From: Mytilus californianus
Taxonomy: Eukaryota
DNA length: 64,000 nucleotides
Assembly (NCBI RefSeq): GCF_021869535.1
Contig: NW_026262581.1
Span: forward strand, 112,778,001 to 112,842,000
Direction: 5' to 3'
Shown in pieces: positions 11,215 to 25,200 of the stretch; positions within the stretch are counted from its first letter, which is position 1, and each line of letters begins with the position of its first letter. Below the pieces are notes generated by a model. That model searched no databases. It was not told the DNA's origin and was given only the letters and a program-made list of their open reading frames with translations. A program made the translations under genes and the position numbers.

Positions 11215-13420
11215 AACTATGAAAACGAGGTCAAGGTCACACAAACACTGCCAAGCAGACATGTGCATCTTTATGAATATTCTTTAGACAACGTAAATTT
11301 CAAATATTATTCAAATAAAAGAGTTGAGAAGCACATTTTGTTCTCTCTGTTTTATTAATTGTTAACCAAACCTTATGTTTTCAATAGTTGGCACACTTTT
11401 TGTTCATCCGTCATATGCATGGTTACCGAAAATTGAATTTTTAGATTAGTTTAATGATTCAATTCCAGATAAAAATACTTCAATAAATGAAAATTGGCAA
11501 ACATTGAATGTACAAAGTTATCCTAAAAAGGCTATTGTTGATAATTTCATCCTGATGTTATAGCATACTGATCGATCACTGCACTTTTGACAATTTCCGT
11601 GCTGATATGAATATGCATTAAAGCAAGGCCATTGAGTCTCTCGCTTGTCATGGTTGCTATACATATCAACACTAGGTACAGATGTGGAAATAAAGTTTGC
11701 AATATAATTAGATTCAGCAGGTGTCGCAGCAGTATCAGAATTTAAAAAAAAATAATAAAAAAAATCTTGTGGATATTATAGAGTGAGAAAGTATTTTTCT
11801 TCAAATCAAGCTATCAGAAAACCAAAAAACGTTGTTTTAATTATTAAACCAACAAAGTAATAAAATATAGGATAGCAGCCTTGGATGGTCTAAATTAAAT
11901 CCTTTGATCCTCTAATTATTCCCAGGCCAATGTAATTATGACATGTGTGTATTTAACGGAGTGTAGCGACAACGTGTCACCCAATTAAGTGCTCACTGAA
12001 TATTCAATTTTTAATAAAGATAACATAAAAAAAAAAAGAAATGGTTAAGTGATTGTATGCTTTTTGCTCACAAAAAATATTTCAAGATTTTCAAGCGGGG
12101 GGGGATGTTCCCGAACCCCCCTAAATCCGCTAGTGGAATTACAATAATTGAGAGAATGACACATTCACAAAAACGTAACATTGACAGCTAAACCATAATA
12201 ATAAATTGCTTCGCCGAGCGCAGCTGGATACGACCGCAAAGGTCCAACCCTGAACAGTTGGGGCAAAAATGGACACAATATTCGCGCTTGATACAGGTCT
12301 GAATTTGGAATGTAATTAAATATTTGACACATAATAGGTTTCTGACACAGAATAACTGTAGTCAAAGAACTTAGAATTGGTTATATGATTGGAATTTATA
12401 TTTAATTTTTTGCTTTTGTGTATTACACTATGATGTTGCGAATTGATCCCCCCCCCCCCAAAAAAAAAAATTACCTCCCCTTTTTTTTTTGCTTTTGTGC
12501 AATACACTATGCTGTTGCGAATTGATCCCCCCAATTTTTTTTTCACCTCCCCCCCTTTTTTCCAAAAAAAACATTCTTTCCCTCAGGATATGGTCATAAT
12601 CTCAATTCAAATTTCCAATGGAGTTTGCAACCATAATTACACTTTTAAATGCATCATAAAAGTCTTAAAATAGAAAATGACATACATAATCATGGCTAAA
12701 ATTAATATTCCTTAATCAGCATTTTTAATAGTAACTTGTTGTCTCTTTGACAAAATCCCCTATTTCCATTCTCAATTTTATTCTAAACTTAAAATTGACA
12801 GCTAATCACCTAAATTTGCTAAAGACAATACAACATTTCTTTAGACATAATTTAAAAGCAGTGTAAGGGAGGTAATCCAAACATAACATTGTACTTTTAA
12901 GTAATTGTCCATTAACCAGGAAACCCTTGTTTTTCCCCCTTTTTCCTAAATGGTTTGAGCCATAACCCCCCAAAGCCAATCCTTGCCATCCCTTTGTGGT
13001 ATGGAAACTTGTGATATAATTTCAAAGAGATCCATACACCTTTCCACAAATTATTGTCTGGAAACTAGAAAAATGCTTATTTAAATGTCTTGGGACAACG
13101 CTAACGACGACGACGTGATACCAATATACGACCGCAAATTTTGTTGCGGTCCTATAAAAATGAGGTCAAGGTTAAATGAACTGTGACAGATGAACATGTA
13201 CACTTTACAATTGTTACATAGACAAAAGACATTGACCTACAGAATCAGAACAGATCTTATCACAAGCACTTAATATTACTACTCTACCATGAAATTAGGT
13301 CTAGTTAAGGTGAAACAATTCTGACAGACATGAATATTTTACCAATTGAAAGATCGAGCTTAAGTTTTCTTCAATAAGACAATGAGGTCAAGGACAATTG
13401 ACATATATGCCAGGTAAGGA
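11215..13420 (-). mobile_element. Remnant of family C-like repeats (GAGGTCAAGG units) interrupted by other sequence and a family B copy
   Basis: GAGGTCAAGG units at ~11228, ~13162 and ~13383 match the reverse of the 56800 family C unit. Continuity between the pieces is inferred. Confidence 0.45.
12200..13156 (-). mobile_element. Helentron/HINE-like family B copy
   Basis: Terminal palindrome ATACGACCGC..GCGGTCCTAT at ~13125-13156, (GTC)n, and the 3' subTIR plus hairpin at 12200-12240. Confidence 0.85.
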
Positions 13421-15046
13421 CTTCAGCACATAAGACATCTGGATACAAGAACTAAGTTATAAAGCTTTATACAAATAGTTTATGCTGCCTTTATTTCAAT
13501 TTAATGTGACCACAACCTCATAGTAAACCACCTTGAAGTCAAGTAACAGTAAATGGACTATGTCACAGATTTTAGTAAAATTTTGCATACAACTTTGACT
13601 CGTTGAACTATAACTATCAATCAAAAAAATAATGAATTTCTCTCTTTTATTATCTGAAGTATCACTGATCGAATTCTCTCAAAATAGGTGAACATTGTAT
13701 AGAAAGCACATAAAATCAGCGAAAAACATTCTGAAATTTGTCTTCAAATCATCAAATCTCTATTTTTAAATCATTTCAAAAGGAGCCTTACTGCCTTAAA
13801 GTTTCACTTTGTTCAGAGAATCTGAAAGTGAAGATCGATCATTCATTTATTTAGTAACACTTAAGAAATGAATCTGCCAAAATTGTACTTATGCATGAAT
13901 TATGTTTTAAAAGTTCATATCAAATTTCCTTGGATTATTAAGAAATTTCAAAAAAATGGAAACACATTTTGTAAAGATCTTAAGGTTTCTCAACTATGTA
14001 TGAAAATAAAATGAAGAATTGCAGTGCTAGTATTCATATTTCTTGAAATCATCAAATCCTATACTGTTACTGTTTTTTTTTCTTCATTTGAATTAGATTT
14101 TTCAATTTGAATTCATATGTAAAAGCAATTATAACCATGACATTGACAATGGGATTGATAAGTTCAGAGGCTCTTGTTGGCTTGCTGTAATGTATAATGA
14201 TGCCCTAAATAAAGTTATTCCTTCTAAACTGACCTAAGTATCAAACTATAACTCACTTATTGATGGAAATAAGTTTTAGATTAGGTGACATATACAGACT
14301 AGTGCCTTGAATCTAAAAAAAAGTCATTTGGTATTCATATTACATTTACATGTTCTCGTCCTTTTATATGCATATTAATTTGTTGCTGGACATTAAGCAG
14401 CCATCCATCCATCATCATCAGCATTAACTTATAAAAAGCCATTTGGTTATTCACATTTACTGGAAAACTGACCGACCTAACAAGCATTTTGATGTGAAAC
14501 ATTTAGACAATAAAAATGAAGCCAAGAGTAGCTTTCTCATGTTGAACTGGCAAGCACTACTTACAACCACCACATATATATATATTATATATAAATCTAT
14601 ATATAACCTATTAATCACAACTATAATGACATAATCATCATAACTGGATGCAAATATTTTTCAGTCCACAAACAAAATGAACGTGTGGTAATGTAACATT
14701 TATCAATCATGTGTACCTTTAATAGTATATATAGACTGTTGGATTTAGGTATGCTGTTTTGTTATACCCAGTTGAGTAATACAATTGTCATGCAAATTGT
14801 CTTGTCATTGAAATTTGAAGTCAATGACGCCTGAGCCTGAGTGACCTGCAAGACAAAAACTTCACAACATAAGGAACATATGAACAAAGCATTGTTATCC
14901 TTCTGAAATACAATCATCATACAAAGTTTTATACATTAATTACCATTTAATGTAATTTTCAGCTGATTAAAGACATTTGTATCACCTTTGTAACATTCAT
15001 CATAGGCATCAAAATAACAAGAAAACTGCTACTCAGATATTTTTAA

Positions 15047-18000
15047 TCAAATATTAGAATCTGAAAAATCTTGCTTCCATAAAAACTCCTTATGATAATT
15101 ATTTCCAATCTCACAAGATCCAGAACAGGTATAAACACATAGAGTTCCCCAGTCTATACTATCTCCTAAACTGTCTACTTCTAAATAGGTCAGCAACTGT
15201 GGCATAATCTGTAAATAAACACAATATACCATTAATTCCAAACCATCTACATCAATTAAACAAATGTGTCATAACATGTAAAACAAAAGCAAAACAAGTG
15301 TCATAACATGTAATACAAAGGCAAAAAAAATGCAATGTCTGTATTCAATAATATACTATGCTGTGATCTTAACTAGAGGCTCCAAGGAACCTGAATTGTA
15401 CAATAAAATAGAATAAAAGTTTCAAGAGTTTTTATAATATTAGCTATCCAGAGATTATAATTTTAGTGCTTTCATACCAACTACAAAAATGTACTTAACT
15501 TCCGAAGAAAAGATTTAGGATGTATATGTTTCAAAAATGACTTACTGTGGATTCATTATTATTCGTGGGATACCAATTTTAATGGATTTTGAGTTTAACA
15601 CCTTTGGTTAAAACACGGAATCAAATATCCATGATCTACAATTTTTCCTCAATCCACAAAACTTGGTACCAACGTTAATAAATGAATCCCCAGTACCTAA
15701 CAGTTGCTTATGAATACAACAAGGTTCCCACTATGTATTACCTCCTTAATTACACAAGCAACCTTACAAGTTCACTTTTATATATGCATCAAATAAAACT
15801 ATTTGAAGTTAGAACTTAGTACAGAATATGTTGTAAAGTTGTATATATTTTTTTTCTGTGTTTTGGATTGCCTGTTTTCAAAACTGTCTTCAATGTTATG
15901 TAGGTTATATATGCAAGTTAAGAAAGTAAAGTTTTTGATATCTGCAAATTCACCTGAAACTCAAATGTTCTTGGTAAACCACATGAGCAATTAGGGATAT
16001 CACCATCTTTTGGCATATGGCATTCAGAAACCCACAAGGGCTTTCCATTTCTCTGGTATCTCAAGACCTGAAGAACAATGATTTATATATTAAACATTTT
16101 TAAACAGAAAAAAACATCTTATTTTGGCAGCAAAATAAAAAAGACTTTTCAAAAGTTTGACCAATTTATTACATCCACATGGACAGAATTTAGGGAATGA
16201 CAGACACTAATTAATGGCAACAGCTTATGTGACCTAAAAAGGGGATTAAGTGTCATAATAATTTAATTTTTTTATGAGAATGATACCTAGAAGTTACATA
16301 TCAAAAATAAAAGTAGATAGAACTTTTTGTTTTTTTCCTTGGTAAATAATCTGCTTTTAATTGAACATGCAATTGTATGAAAACTAGTACAAAAAAATGT
16401 ACTGCAAAGCAACTATTTTTTGTGACTTTGCAAGTATAAAAATAAAACAAATATAAATGGTTGTGAATATGTCAAAATTATGATCTTATGAATACATCAA
16501 CAAACTTAAAAATCATTAAAAAAATCTTTGTGAAGTAGCTGGAAAAGGATAACACAAAAATAAGGATCCATGAAAATAAATTGGTTTACAGTACGACTGA
16601 TTGTTTTTAAATGCTATGATAGGAGATAAATTTGTAACTTACAATTTATGTGTACATTTGGAATGATTTGCAATTGATAGCTCTAACAGCTATTTACATT
16701 TGTATATGTATGTATGCTGATTTCTTACTGTTAATTTATTCATAATGTCTAATATAAGACTACATAAACCATTTTGCTTTCATGGAAAATACTCACTTGC
16801 TCTTGTTCATCTTGTATCCTTTCTTTAAATTTCATGAAAACTTGATCTTGACTGTTGTCAGATACTGCCATCTTTTCTAAATCTTTTGCTGCACTATCAG
16901 GTAAAACTGATTCAGCTGCCTTTGACTTCATAAATTCTTCATATTCCTTTAGCTTTTCTTCTTCACTTTTCTCCTTTTCAGTTTCATTAGGTAATATCTC
17001 AGGTTCAGTTATAAGTTCATATTCAGGAAAATTGCAGTCAGGATAAACTTTAATTCTACTCACTGTTTTTGCTATAAACAATATAAATAATAATAATAAT
17101 AATAATAATAAATTCTTTATTTAAAGAGGGTAAACTCAGTTAGTTACAATAAACTAATCTTCCCTGAGGCCCTCACATACAAATTACAATACAATAAAAA
17201 AACAGATATTTACACATAGTTAATTTACAGTCAATTAGTTCAATGTAATATTACTAACATGATAAGATATAAGGCTGTTCAAGATGTACATGTAGTCAAA
17301 AAATCAAATACAAATATAAATAAAAGAATATACAAATACATTGTACAAAACATAATCTAAAATAAGCATTTTTACACTGTCACTCAATGTGGTTTTGACA
17401 TGGCAATAATGTTGATTGAATGAAAAATATGCAATTGTATATACATTTATACACGAATTACTTGTTTTAAGCAACAAAACTGTACCAAACTGTAAAGTCA
17501 CTATTACCATAGATCGGGAACTCTGATGTTCGATGGTTACATGTATTATAAAACCACTTTTACCTTTAACAATTGATTAAAAAAAGATTCATATTGATAA
17601 AATAACACATCAAAAACAATATGTTATTTTTATTAACACAAATAAACCAGTTTTAGACTACCAGACTCTACCATACACTTACAGACTTCTACAGACACAG
17701 TATGACTAATATATATAATCACCCTTTTATCATTGTTTATGAATATTCTTATAAAGTACATAAATTTTTACAAATTCTTTACAATGAATATAATTTTATG
17801 ATTAAAATATATTTTCCATTTTTTGTAAACGTCCGCAGTGGCGGATCCAGATATTTTCATAAGGGGGCCCACTGACTGCCATAGAGGGGGCCCCCTCCAG
17901 TCATGCTTCAGTGATTCCCTAAATAATCAACCAAATTTTTCCCACAAAAGGGGGGGGGGGCCTGGGCACCCTGTGCTCCCCTAAATCCGCCTCTGGTCTG

Positions 18001-21000
18001 TTTGTAGCTGGGACTAATATATGATTTAATAATTATTGGTTCCTGTTTGTAGGAAAAGAACAATTAATTTTCCCTCCCTTTATACCGAAGTTACCAAACG
18101 GCTGAAAAACCATGGCCAAACAGGAACTGGCAGTATGGCTGAGTCGACTGTGACCGAACTGGCAGTTAAACTTAATTAGTTCAATAAATGGCTGAAAGGC
18201 CTTGCATCAAGTTAAATATAATGAACATTTTGTAACAGTACCCAAATTGCACCGAGTACTCAAATTGCACCGAGTACTCAAATTGCACAGAGTACCCAAT
18301 TTGCACCCATTTTACATAAAAAGTGACGGATATCTTATATGTTTTCTTAGTGACTAAACAATTCGTTTTTTTATCATTTATCATTTACATGATGATGTAC
18401 GTGCTTCAACATAGCTAAATATCCAGTCACATCATATATCCACAGATGAAGTCTTCAGTTTAAAAAGTAAAATTTAAGGAAACGTTGCATGCAAAGTCTA
18501 CAAAAGTCTACTTTTAATAAACTGTTGTCACAGAAATATGTCTCACATGTCTGCAAATCTGATGGACAGCAACATCGCAAAAATTCAAAGTTTCTGGACC
18601 ATGAACTAGGGGGCAGGGCCTTGATATAGTAATCAAACTGATTTGTACTGATAGTAATGCAACTTTATACAAAATATCATTGATCTGTCACAAGTAGTTC
18701 CTATCAAACTAACTTAAGCAGAAAACTTAACATTGAAAATTGCTTATTAATTGAAAGTCTCTGGACCTTGACCTAGGGGGCAGGGCCTCGAAAATAGCTA
18801 TCAAACTGATGTGTGCTGGTAGTACCCGGTAATGCAACTTAATAGAAAACATCATTGATCTATCACAAGTAGTTCCTATCAAACTAACTTACATGTAAGC
18901 AGAAAACTTAACATTGAAAACTGCTTAATAATTGAAAGTCGCTGGACCTTAACCTAGGGGGCATGGCCTCGAAATAGCCTTCAAACTGATGTGTACTGAT
19001 AGTAATGCAACTTAATAGAAAACATCATTGATCTATCACAAGTAGTTCCTATCAAACTAACTTACATGTAAGCAGAAAACTTAACATTGAAAATTGCTTA
19101 TTAATTGAAAGTCGCTGGACCTTAACCTAGGGGGCAGGGCCTCGAAATAGCCTTCAAACTATGTGTACTGATAGTAATGCAACTTAATAGAAAACATCAT
19201 TGATCTATCACAAGTAGTTCCTATCAAACTAACTTACATGTAAGCAGAAAACTTAACATTGAAAATTGCTTATTAATAAAAAGTCACTGGACCTTGACCG
19301 AGGGGGGAAGGCCTCGAAATAGATGTCAAACTGATTTGTACTGATAGTAATGCAACTTTATACAAAATATCATTGATCTGTCACAAGTAGTTCCTATCAA
19401 ACTAACTTAAGCAGAAAACTTAACATTGAAAATTGCTTATTAATTGAAAGTCTCTGGACCTTGACCTAGGAGGCAGGGCCTTGAAAAGAGCTATCAAACT
19501 GATATGTACTGGTAGTAATGCAACCTAATAGAAAAAATCATTGATCTATCACAAGTAGTTCCTATCAAACTAACTTACATGTAAGCAGAAAACTTAACAT
19601 TGAAAATTGCTTATTAATTGAAAGTCGCTGGACCTTAACCTAGGAGGCAGGGTCTCGAAATAGTCTTCAAACTGATGTGTAATGATAGTAATGCAACTTA
19701 ATAGAAAACATCATTGATCTATCACAAGTAGTTCCTATCAAACTAACTTACATGTAAGCAGAAAACTTAATATTGAAAATTGCTTATTAATAGAAAGTCA
19801 CTGGACCTTGACCAAGGGGGGAAGGCCTCGAAATAGATGTCAAACTGATATGTACTGATAGTAATGCAACTTTATATAACAACAAATGCAGGAACTATAT
19901 CAATTGGACCTGCTTTGATACGATAACTGCACTTGAATTTTTACTAGATAACATTTTTGTTTGCTATGGAGATTCCGTATATCTTCAAGTTATCGGAATT
20001 CCAATGGGGACTTACTGTGCACCACTTATTGTGGACCTGTTTCTGTGTTGTTATGAGTTACAATTAATGACTAAAATCAGTAAAGACCCATCAAACAACA
20101 TCTGATACAAAAATTTCATAACACTTTTAGATATTTGGATGATATATTGGCTCTCAATAATGACGACTTCAGTGTGTACACTAAAGAGATTTATCCTTCT
20201 GAACTGACTTTAAATAACGCTAATACTAAAAATGAACAGTGCCTTTTCCTGGATCTTGATATTTTTATCTTTAACAGTGCCTTTTCCTTTTTTTTTAATT
20301 AAACCCCATTACTAGTAAACTTAAAATCTGAAATTTATAAAAATTGAAAAGGAGCTTACGTCAATAGATATAAACAATTCACCAAAATTTCAGGAAAACT
20401 CCTCAAAGCATTTTTGAGTTATTGTCCAAAAACTGGAAAATCCCCCTTTTTGTAATGAATAAAACCCCATAACTCGAAAACATAAAATCTAAAATTTATA
20501 AAAATCGAAAGGGAGCTCATGTCAATATATATATACAATTCACCAAAGTATCTTGCAAATTGGTGAAAGTATTTTTGAGTTTTTGTCCAAAAACCTGAAA
20601 ATCCCCCTTTTTGTAATGAATAAAACCCCAAAACTCGGAAATGTAAAATCTAAAATTTATAATAAACAAAAGGGAGCTCATGTCAATAGATATAAACAAT
20701 TCACCAAAGTTTCATTCAAATTGGTTAAAGCGTTTTTGAGTTAATGTCCGACATGTTGACGACGGATGGACGGACAGACATGTTGTAACGGACAGACAGA
20801 TGGACAATGGTATACCTTATACGTCCCGTAAACGGGCATATAAAAAATAATTAGCAAACCAGAAAAATTCTGTTTAGGAATGTTTTGACCTCCCAAAACT
20901 TGAGAATTTTTTTGGGGTTGTAAAAAAAATTACATGTATAAGTTAATTTTTGGATAATTAATTTAAGGGAAGATAATTCTAACCATGAAAATAAAATAAA

Positions 21001-22058
21001 AATCGTGCAAACTTGCTTATACAAGTAAATATTACTCACATCTTAAATAAAAATGACTTGTATAAAAATGTTATCCCTGACTGACAGATGTGTAGTTAGT
21101 CTATGGTCTGCAAATTGTCAAAAAATATCATAAGGACTTATGAGCTACATGTAAGGTTCCTCAGCTACATTTTCAATTCAACATGCTTTCAAAAATTAAT
21201 TTGCGGATGTAAATAGTAAATAAGATTGTACAATGTATCTATAAAATAAACACACAATGGAAATTTTTGTCTGTTTCTTCAATAAATCAAGGCGAAAAAA
21301 ACTGTCAAAATAGATGCATCATGTTAGTATTTCAAACATAATTTTTGAAAAGATATTACAAAAATAAATCATTATTTCCAAATTTGGTAGTAATTAGTTC
21401 AACGAATGATTTTTGAGGTATCTTAATTATTTTGTCAAATCATTATTCTTACGAAGACCAAATCATAAAATCGCTCAGGACACAAAATCCAAAAAGGGAT
21501 TAGAATTACTGTAGACATACCTGAGGCTGAGGCAGGTGTTGGTACATTACTTTTGCACACTGCCTTATGTCCTGTTTTCCAGTCTGCTTCTTGATGTTCT
21601 TTACTACAGTATGTTGCACTCTGGCATCTTGCACATCTTTTCGACCCTCTAAGTCCGCACACTACACACAAATCCTGATAAAATTTTGCAGAGGGTCCAT
21701 CGGTCTCTTTCTTTGGTGGCTCTGGACTGTAAAAGTCATTGTTGCGAGGCAATTGGGATCTTAATGCACAAAAGTTTTCATTGTTATTCTTACTACAGCA
21801 TACGACATTTCTACAAACAAAAACAAACAACGCTCTGTGAAAAGCTTTCGGACTCTCTTCAAACGGACAGTACACTTGCATCAAAAATGATAGTATCTTT
21901 CCACATTTTGAACATTCAAGATCTTTGTTTGAAGGTATCGGTGAAAGAGATAGCCAAGCTGGTTTTCCTCCAACTTTACTTGGGAAATGAAAGCTACATA
22001 GCAAATGAGAGTCTGTTCTTTCTACAAAACCCAATTCCACGTTGTTGCTGTCCACCAT
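15047..22058 (-). CDS. PDCD2: Programmed cell death protein 2 (MYND finger, uS5 chaperone), 362 aa, 4 exons
   Basis: Exons 22058-21521, 17071-16797, 16067-15954 and 15208-15047, all GT-AG with consistent phases 1,0,0 (1089 nt). Motifs SKVGGKPAWL, MQVYCP, MYND CVVC..CARC..YCSKEHQ..W..GHK..C, QVLRY, FEFQIMPQLL and DWGTLCVYTC. Confidence 0.95.
16402..16591. mobile_element. TA-flanked ~190-bp MITE (family of 54989-55185), diverged
   Basis: TA-CTGCAAAGCAACTATTTTT ... AAAATAAATTGGTTTACAG-TA. Confidence 0.55.
17836..17995. mobile_element. 160-bp MITE with CAG..CTG ends (hAT-like)
   Basis: CAGTGGCGGATCCAG / CTAAATCCGCCTCTG, flanked by GTCCG and GTCTG (possible 5-bp TSD). End fragments occur at ~4558, ~9675 and ~12120. 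Confidence 0.7.
18236..18308. repeat. 18-bp minisatellite, about 4 copies
   Basis: GAGTACTCAAATTGCACC units. Confidence 0.9.
18600..19872. repeat. ~173-bp satellite array, about 7.5 units, in PDCD2 intron 1
   Basis: The anchor GTAATGC occurs at 18654, 18829, 19002, 19174, 19347, 19515, 19688 and 19861 (spacings 175,173,172,173,168,173,173). Confidence 0.95.
19878..20275 (+). pseudogene. Penelope-like retroelement RT fragment with one frameshift
   Basis: Hand translation gives FLLDNIFVCYGDSVYLQVIGIPMGTYCAPLIVDLFLCCYE, a frameshift near 20095, then FRYLDDILALNNDDF..IYPSELTLN..FLDLDI. These are PLE RT motifs. The ORF track missed it. Confidence 0.85.
20300..20848 (-). mobile_element. HINE/Pearl-like element (family F) with (GTCC/GTCT)n and ~185-bp internal repeats
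   Basis: Terminal palindrome TATACGTCCCGT-AA-ACGGGCATATA at ~20817-20842, (GGAC/AGAC)n at 20760-20805 and repeated AAATCCCCCTTTTTGTAATGAATAAAACCCC. Confidence 0.7.
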
Positions 22059-22204
22059 ATTGCTTCCGTTTCACTCTATGTCTTTTCGACGTTTATTAAA
22101 GGTATAATTTCACACAGGTTTCAAATACAGTAACGACGGTGATTTAAAGTACTCGACACTAATTCCATATTTGAAATATCTAAATACCAAAAAGAAATAA
22201 AAAG
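22059..22204. promoter_or_regulatory. Bidirectional promoter region PDCD2/PITHD1
   Basis: Only 146 nt separate the divergent ATGs. It contains an ETS-like GCTTCCG (22062-22068) and retains CpGs. Confidence 0.75.
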
Positions 22205-25200
22205 ATGCCAGGCCACGGACACAGTCATGGTGAAGGGGGCTGTGAACATGATCATGACCATGCCCCTGAATCAGATCTGGCTTCATCATACAGCCTTTAC
22301 TTAAAGATAGATACAGAAAGAGTTACATGTTTAAATGAATCAACCGAAGATTCTGGAAAGCATGTATTTAAACCATGGGACAAAAGGATGGATAAAGAAA
22401 AGGTACACATGCAAGATTTAAAAAATAATTAATTTGATATGAGGCAGGTGCTGCTTGATCAGCTCCCGAAAGATAATTGGTGCATTTTTGTTTTCATCAA
22501 ACATCATCATACTGTTATCGCTAGTCAAGTATCCAAATTTACAGGACTTAGGCTATTTCTCAAATCATGTCTTTCACCGGAAAAGATCGTCAATTACCCA
22601 CTCCTTTATGACGTCATTTACCAGGTAGAAGGCACGCCTGTATCCCTGCACTATTAAAGTTTCAAGCATTTTCAGGATCGTCGTTCTGCAGGGTAGTCTA
22701 GAAATAATTTATGTTCCGTAAGTACGTAACCTCAATTCCCGTACAACGGAAGGGAGGGTGACAAACCAAATAGATCTTAATTTCTCGAATATTTTGTGCA
22801 GTTTAGCATCGAACTTTTTCACCCGTTCGCTCAACAGGTGTTGGAAGTGATGATGCTATATTATGGTCAAGTGGTGATGGAAGTCACATGACAGATTGAA
22901 CTAACTACCGTATCCCGGAACTGGTGTATTGTTACACAGGCACTTGTCTCTGAAAAAAATGTTCCTATATACCTTAATATAAGCATGTCAGAGCTCAGAC
23001 ATATATAAGTCTAAATCTGTGTTTGACTCGTAGAAGTCTAAATTTGTAGGTTTCAAGATTTGTCTCCCTTTAATTTAAGACAAACTATGACTTCAATAAG
23101 TCAATTGGTGTTAAGCAAGAAATATTTGACCTGAATTAAAAAGTTGCAAGTATTGACCCCTATAAGTCGATAAGTTACCAAAATTGGTCAACTTCAAGAC
23201 CCAAGCATATTTATAAAAAGGTCAAGCATCTACATGGATGAAATTATGACAACATTGAAAGACAATGCTTTGTCTTCTAAAGAAAAATATGCATGAGGGC
23301 CTAAAAAAACGGAGATAATGTTTATTTACTTTACAATGCAACCATCTATAACCACACAAAATGAGGAAAATAATCTTATGTTAAGTAAAAATGTTCAATT
23401 AGATAATTAAATATAGATAGCTCAGGTCCTTGTGAACTCTCAGACAGGTTTATGATGTCATAGGTGGTGCACTTTGGCTACTAATTAAAATCAAGTCTTT
23501 TCATAAACATAAATAGACCTAAACAAGTCTGTTATTTTCTGACTTAAATAAGTCTGAAAATGAAAACACATTTTTATAATAAATACATTTTTTGACTTCT
23601 GTAAGTCAAAAACAAAAAACGACTTGTTTATGTCTGAGCTCTGACTGATAAGTGGCAATGTATATTTGTTCAGCCTAACAGAAGTTCCACTGGAAAATTT
23701 GTTATAAATTTTGCCATAATATCTGCTCCTGTTGGCACAAATATTCTATAACCTTAAGGAACAAATACTGTAATAGTTGTTCCAGTGGAAATAATATTAC
23801 AGAATATTTTTTTCCACATGGAACTTATATTACGAAGGAACTTCTATTTCATGACAACACAAGGTACCTAACTCGCATTTATGAGAAATAACACCCGGTC
23901 TCGAACTCCCGTTATAATTCCATTCTGCGGTTGTTCTATCCCACTGAAATTTTGATGTCATAAATCTTCATTGAATTATCTACAAAAAGGTGTATAACAT
24001 GCATAACATGCCTTTTTTGTTATCGGAATCATTCGTAGCAGTCCTTCCAAGTAGGTAATCCCTATATTATTTCGACTTCTCACAGTCATGTGGCAATGTT
24101 AATCTGGCGTATAGCATGGAACACAAAGTAAAAACTGCACATCTGTTGCAAAAAAAATATCTTACATTGCAACTTCATCTTGTCCCTTATTTAATAAGTG
24201 GCATCAACATCGCACTAGGAGTACTTTTCAGTACTCAGATAAACAAATTTGCTCCTTTTTAATGATTTAGGGGAAGAAACGAAATACCTGATAGGGTTTT
24301 ATATCTGACATTGGAAAAGTATGATAATAACATGATAATCCATATGATTGATCGATTGTTGGTGTAAAACTGTAAATGCCACTTTCAGCTCTCTTGGCTA
24401 TATCATGGCTTCAAGTTTTTTTTTTGGTGAAGGAAGCTGGAGTACCTAGAGAGAACTACAGACCTTTGCAAGGAAAACTTGTAATCCTTGTCAATTAAGA
24501 GTCCAATGCACCTTGCCAAAAGTGTGGTTCAAATTTGGAATAAATAATGTGTATATCTTACAATTAATTGGAATTTTAAAATCCTATTTCTATCTAAATT
24601 AACTTGGATCATAGAAATTTTGATAAAATCAGCATGAAAAAAAAAACAAAGCTTAAAGTAGACAACATTGTAGAAAGGCAGAACTTTTACATGTTATTAC
24701 ATATAGTACACTGTTACATTTGTAAATAGGTTTAACAACAGCTTCAATTACTCCTAAAGACTTTAATAGTTTCATTTTGATATATGAAAAATTAAACTTA
24801 TATCTTTTGTTTATTTTAGTTTGTTGAGAGTGATGCTGATGAAGAACTGCTGTTTAATATTCCGTAAGTATTATGAATGTACTTATTTCCTCTTGCCAGA
24901 GAAGCAACAGGTATATGTTTATTTAGCTGAGAGAGTAAAAATGAATATTGGATTTTCTACCAATGTAAGCTGAATTAAACATTTCTGATGTTTTATTATG
25001 TGGAGTAGTTACAGGTAACTTAAACATGTAAAAAAAAAAACAACGGGAAAATAAATTGGAAGTGTAATCTATACTCATTAACAAAAAAAATGCACCACCT
25101 CCATTGATTTCTTTGGAATAACAATTCCTATTGCTTATAGCCTTTTAAAAAAGTTTTGAAATAAGACAAAATTTTGAGACAATTCCGAAATCTGGTTTTT

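Noticed and set aside
22848-22951. GTGATGA..CTGA as a box C/D snoRNA in PITHD1 intron 1
   Set aside because: The CTGA belongs to the mini-MITE arm and there is no terminal stem.
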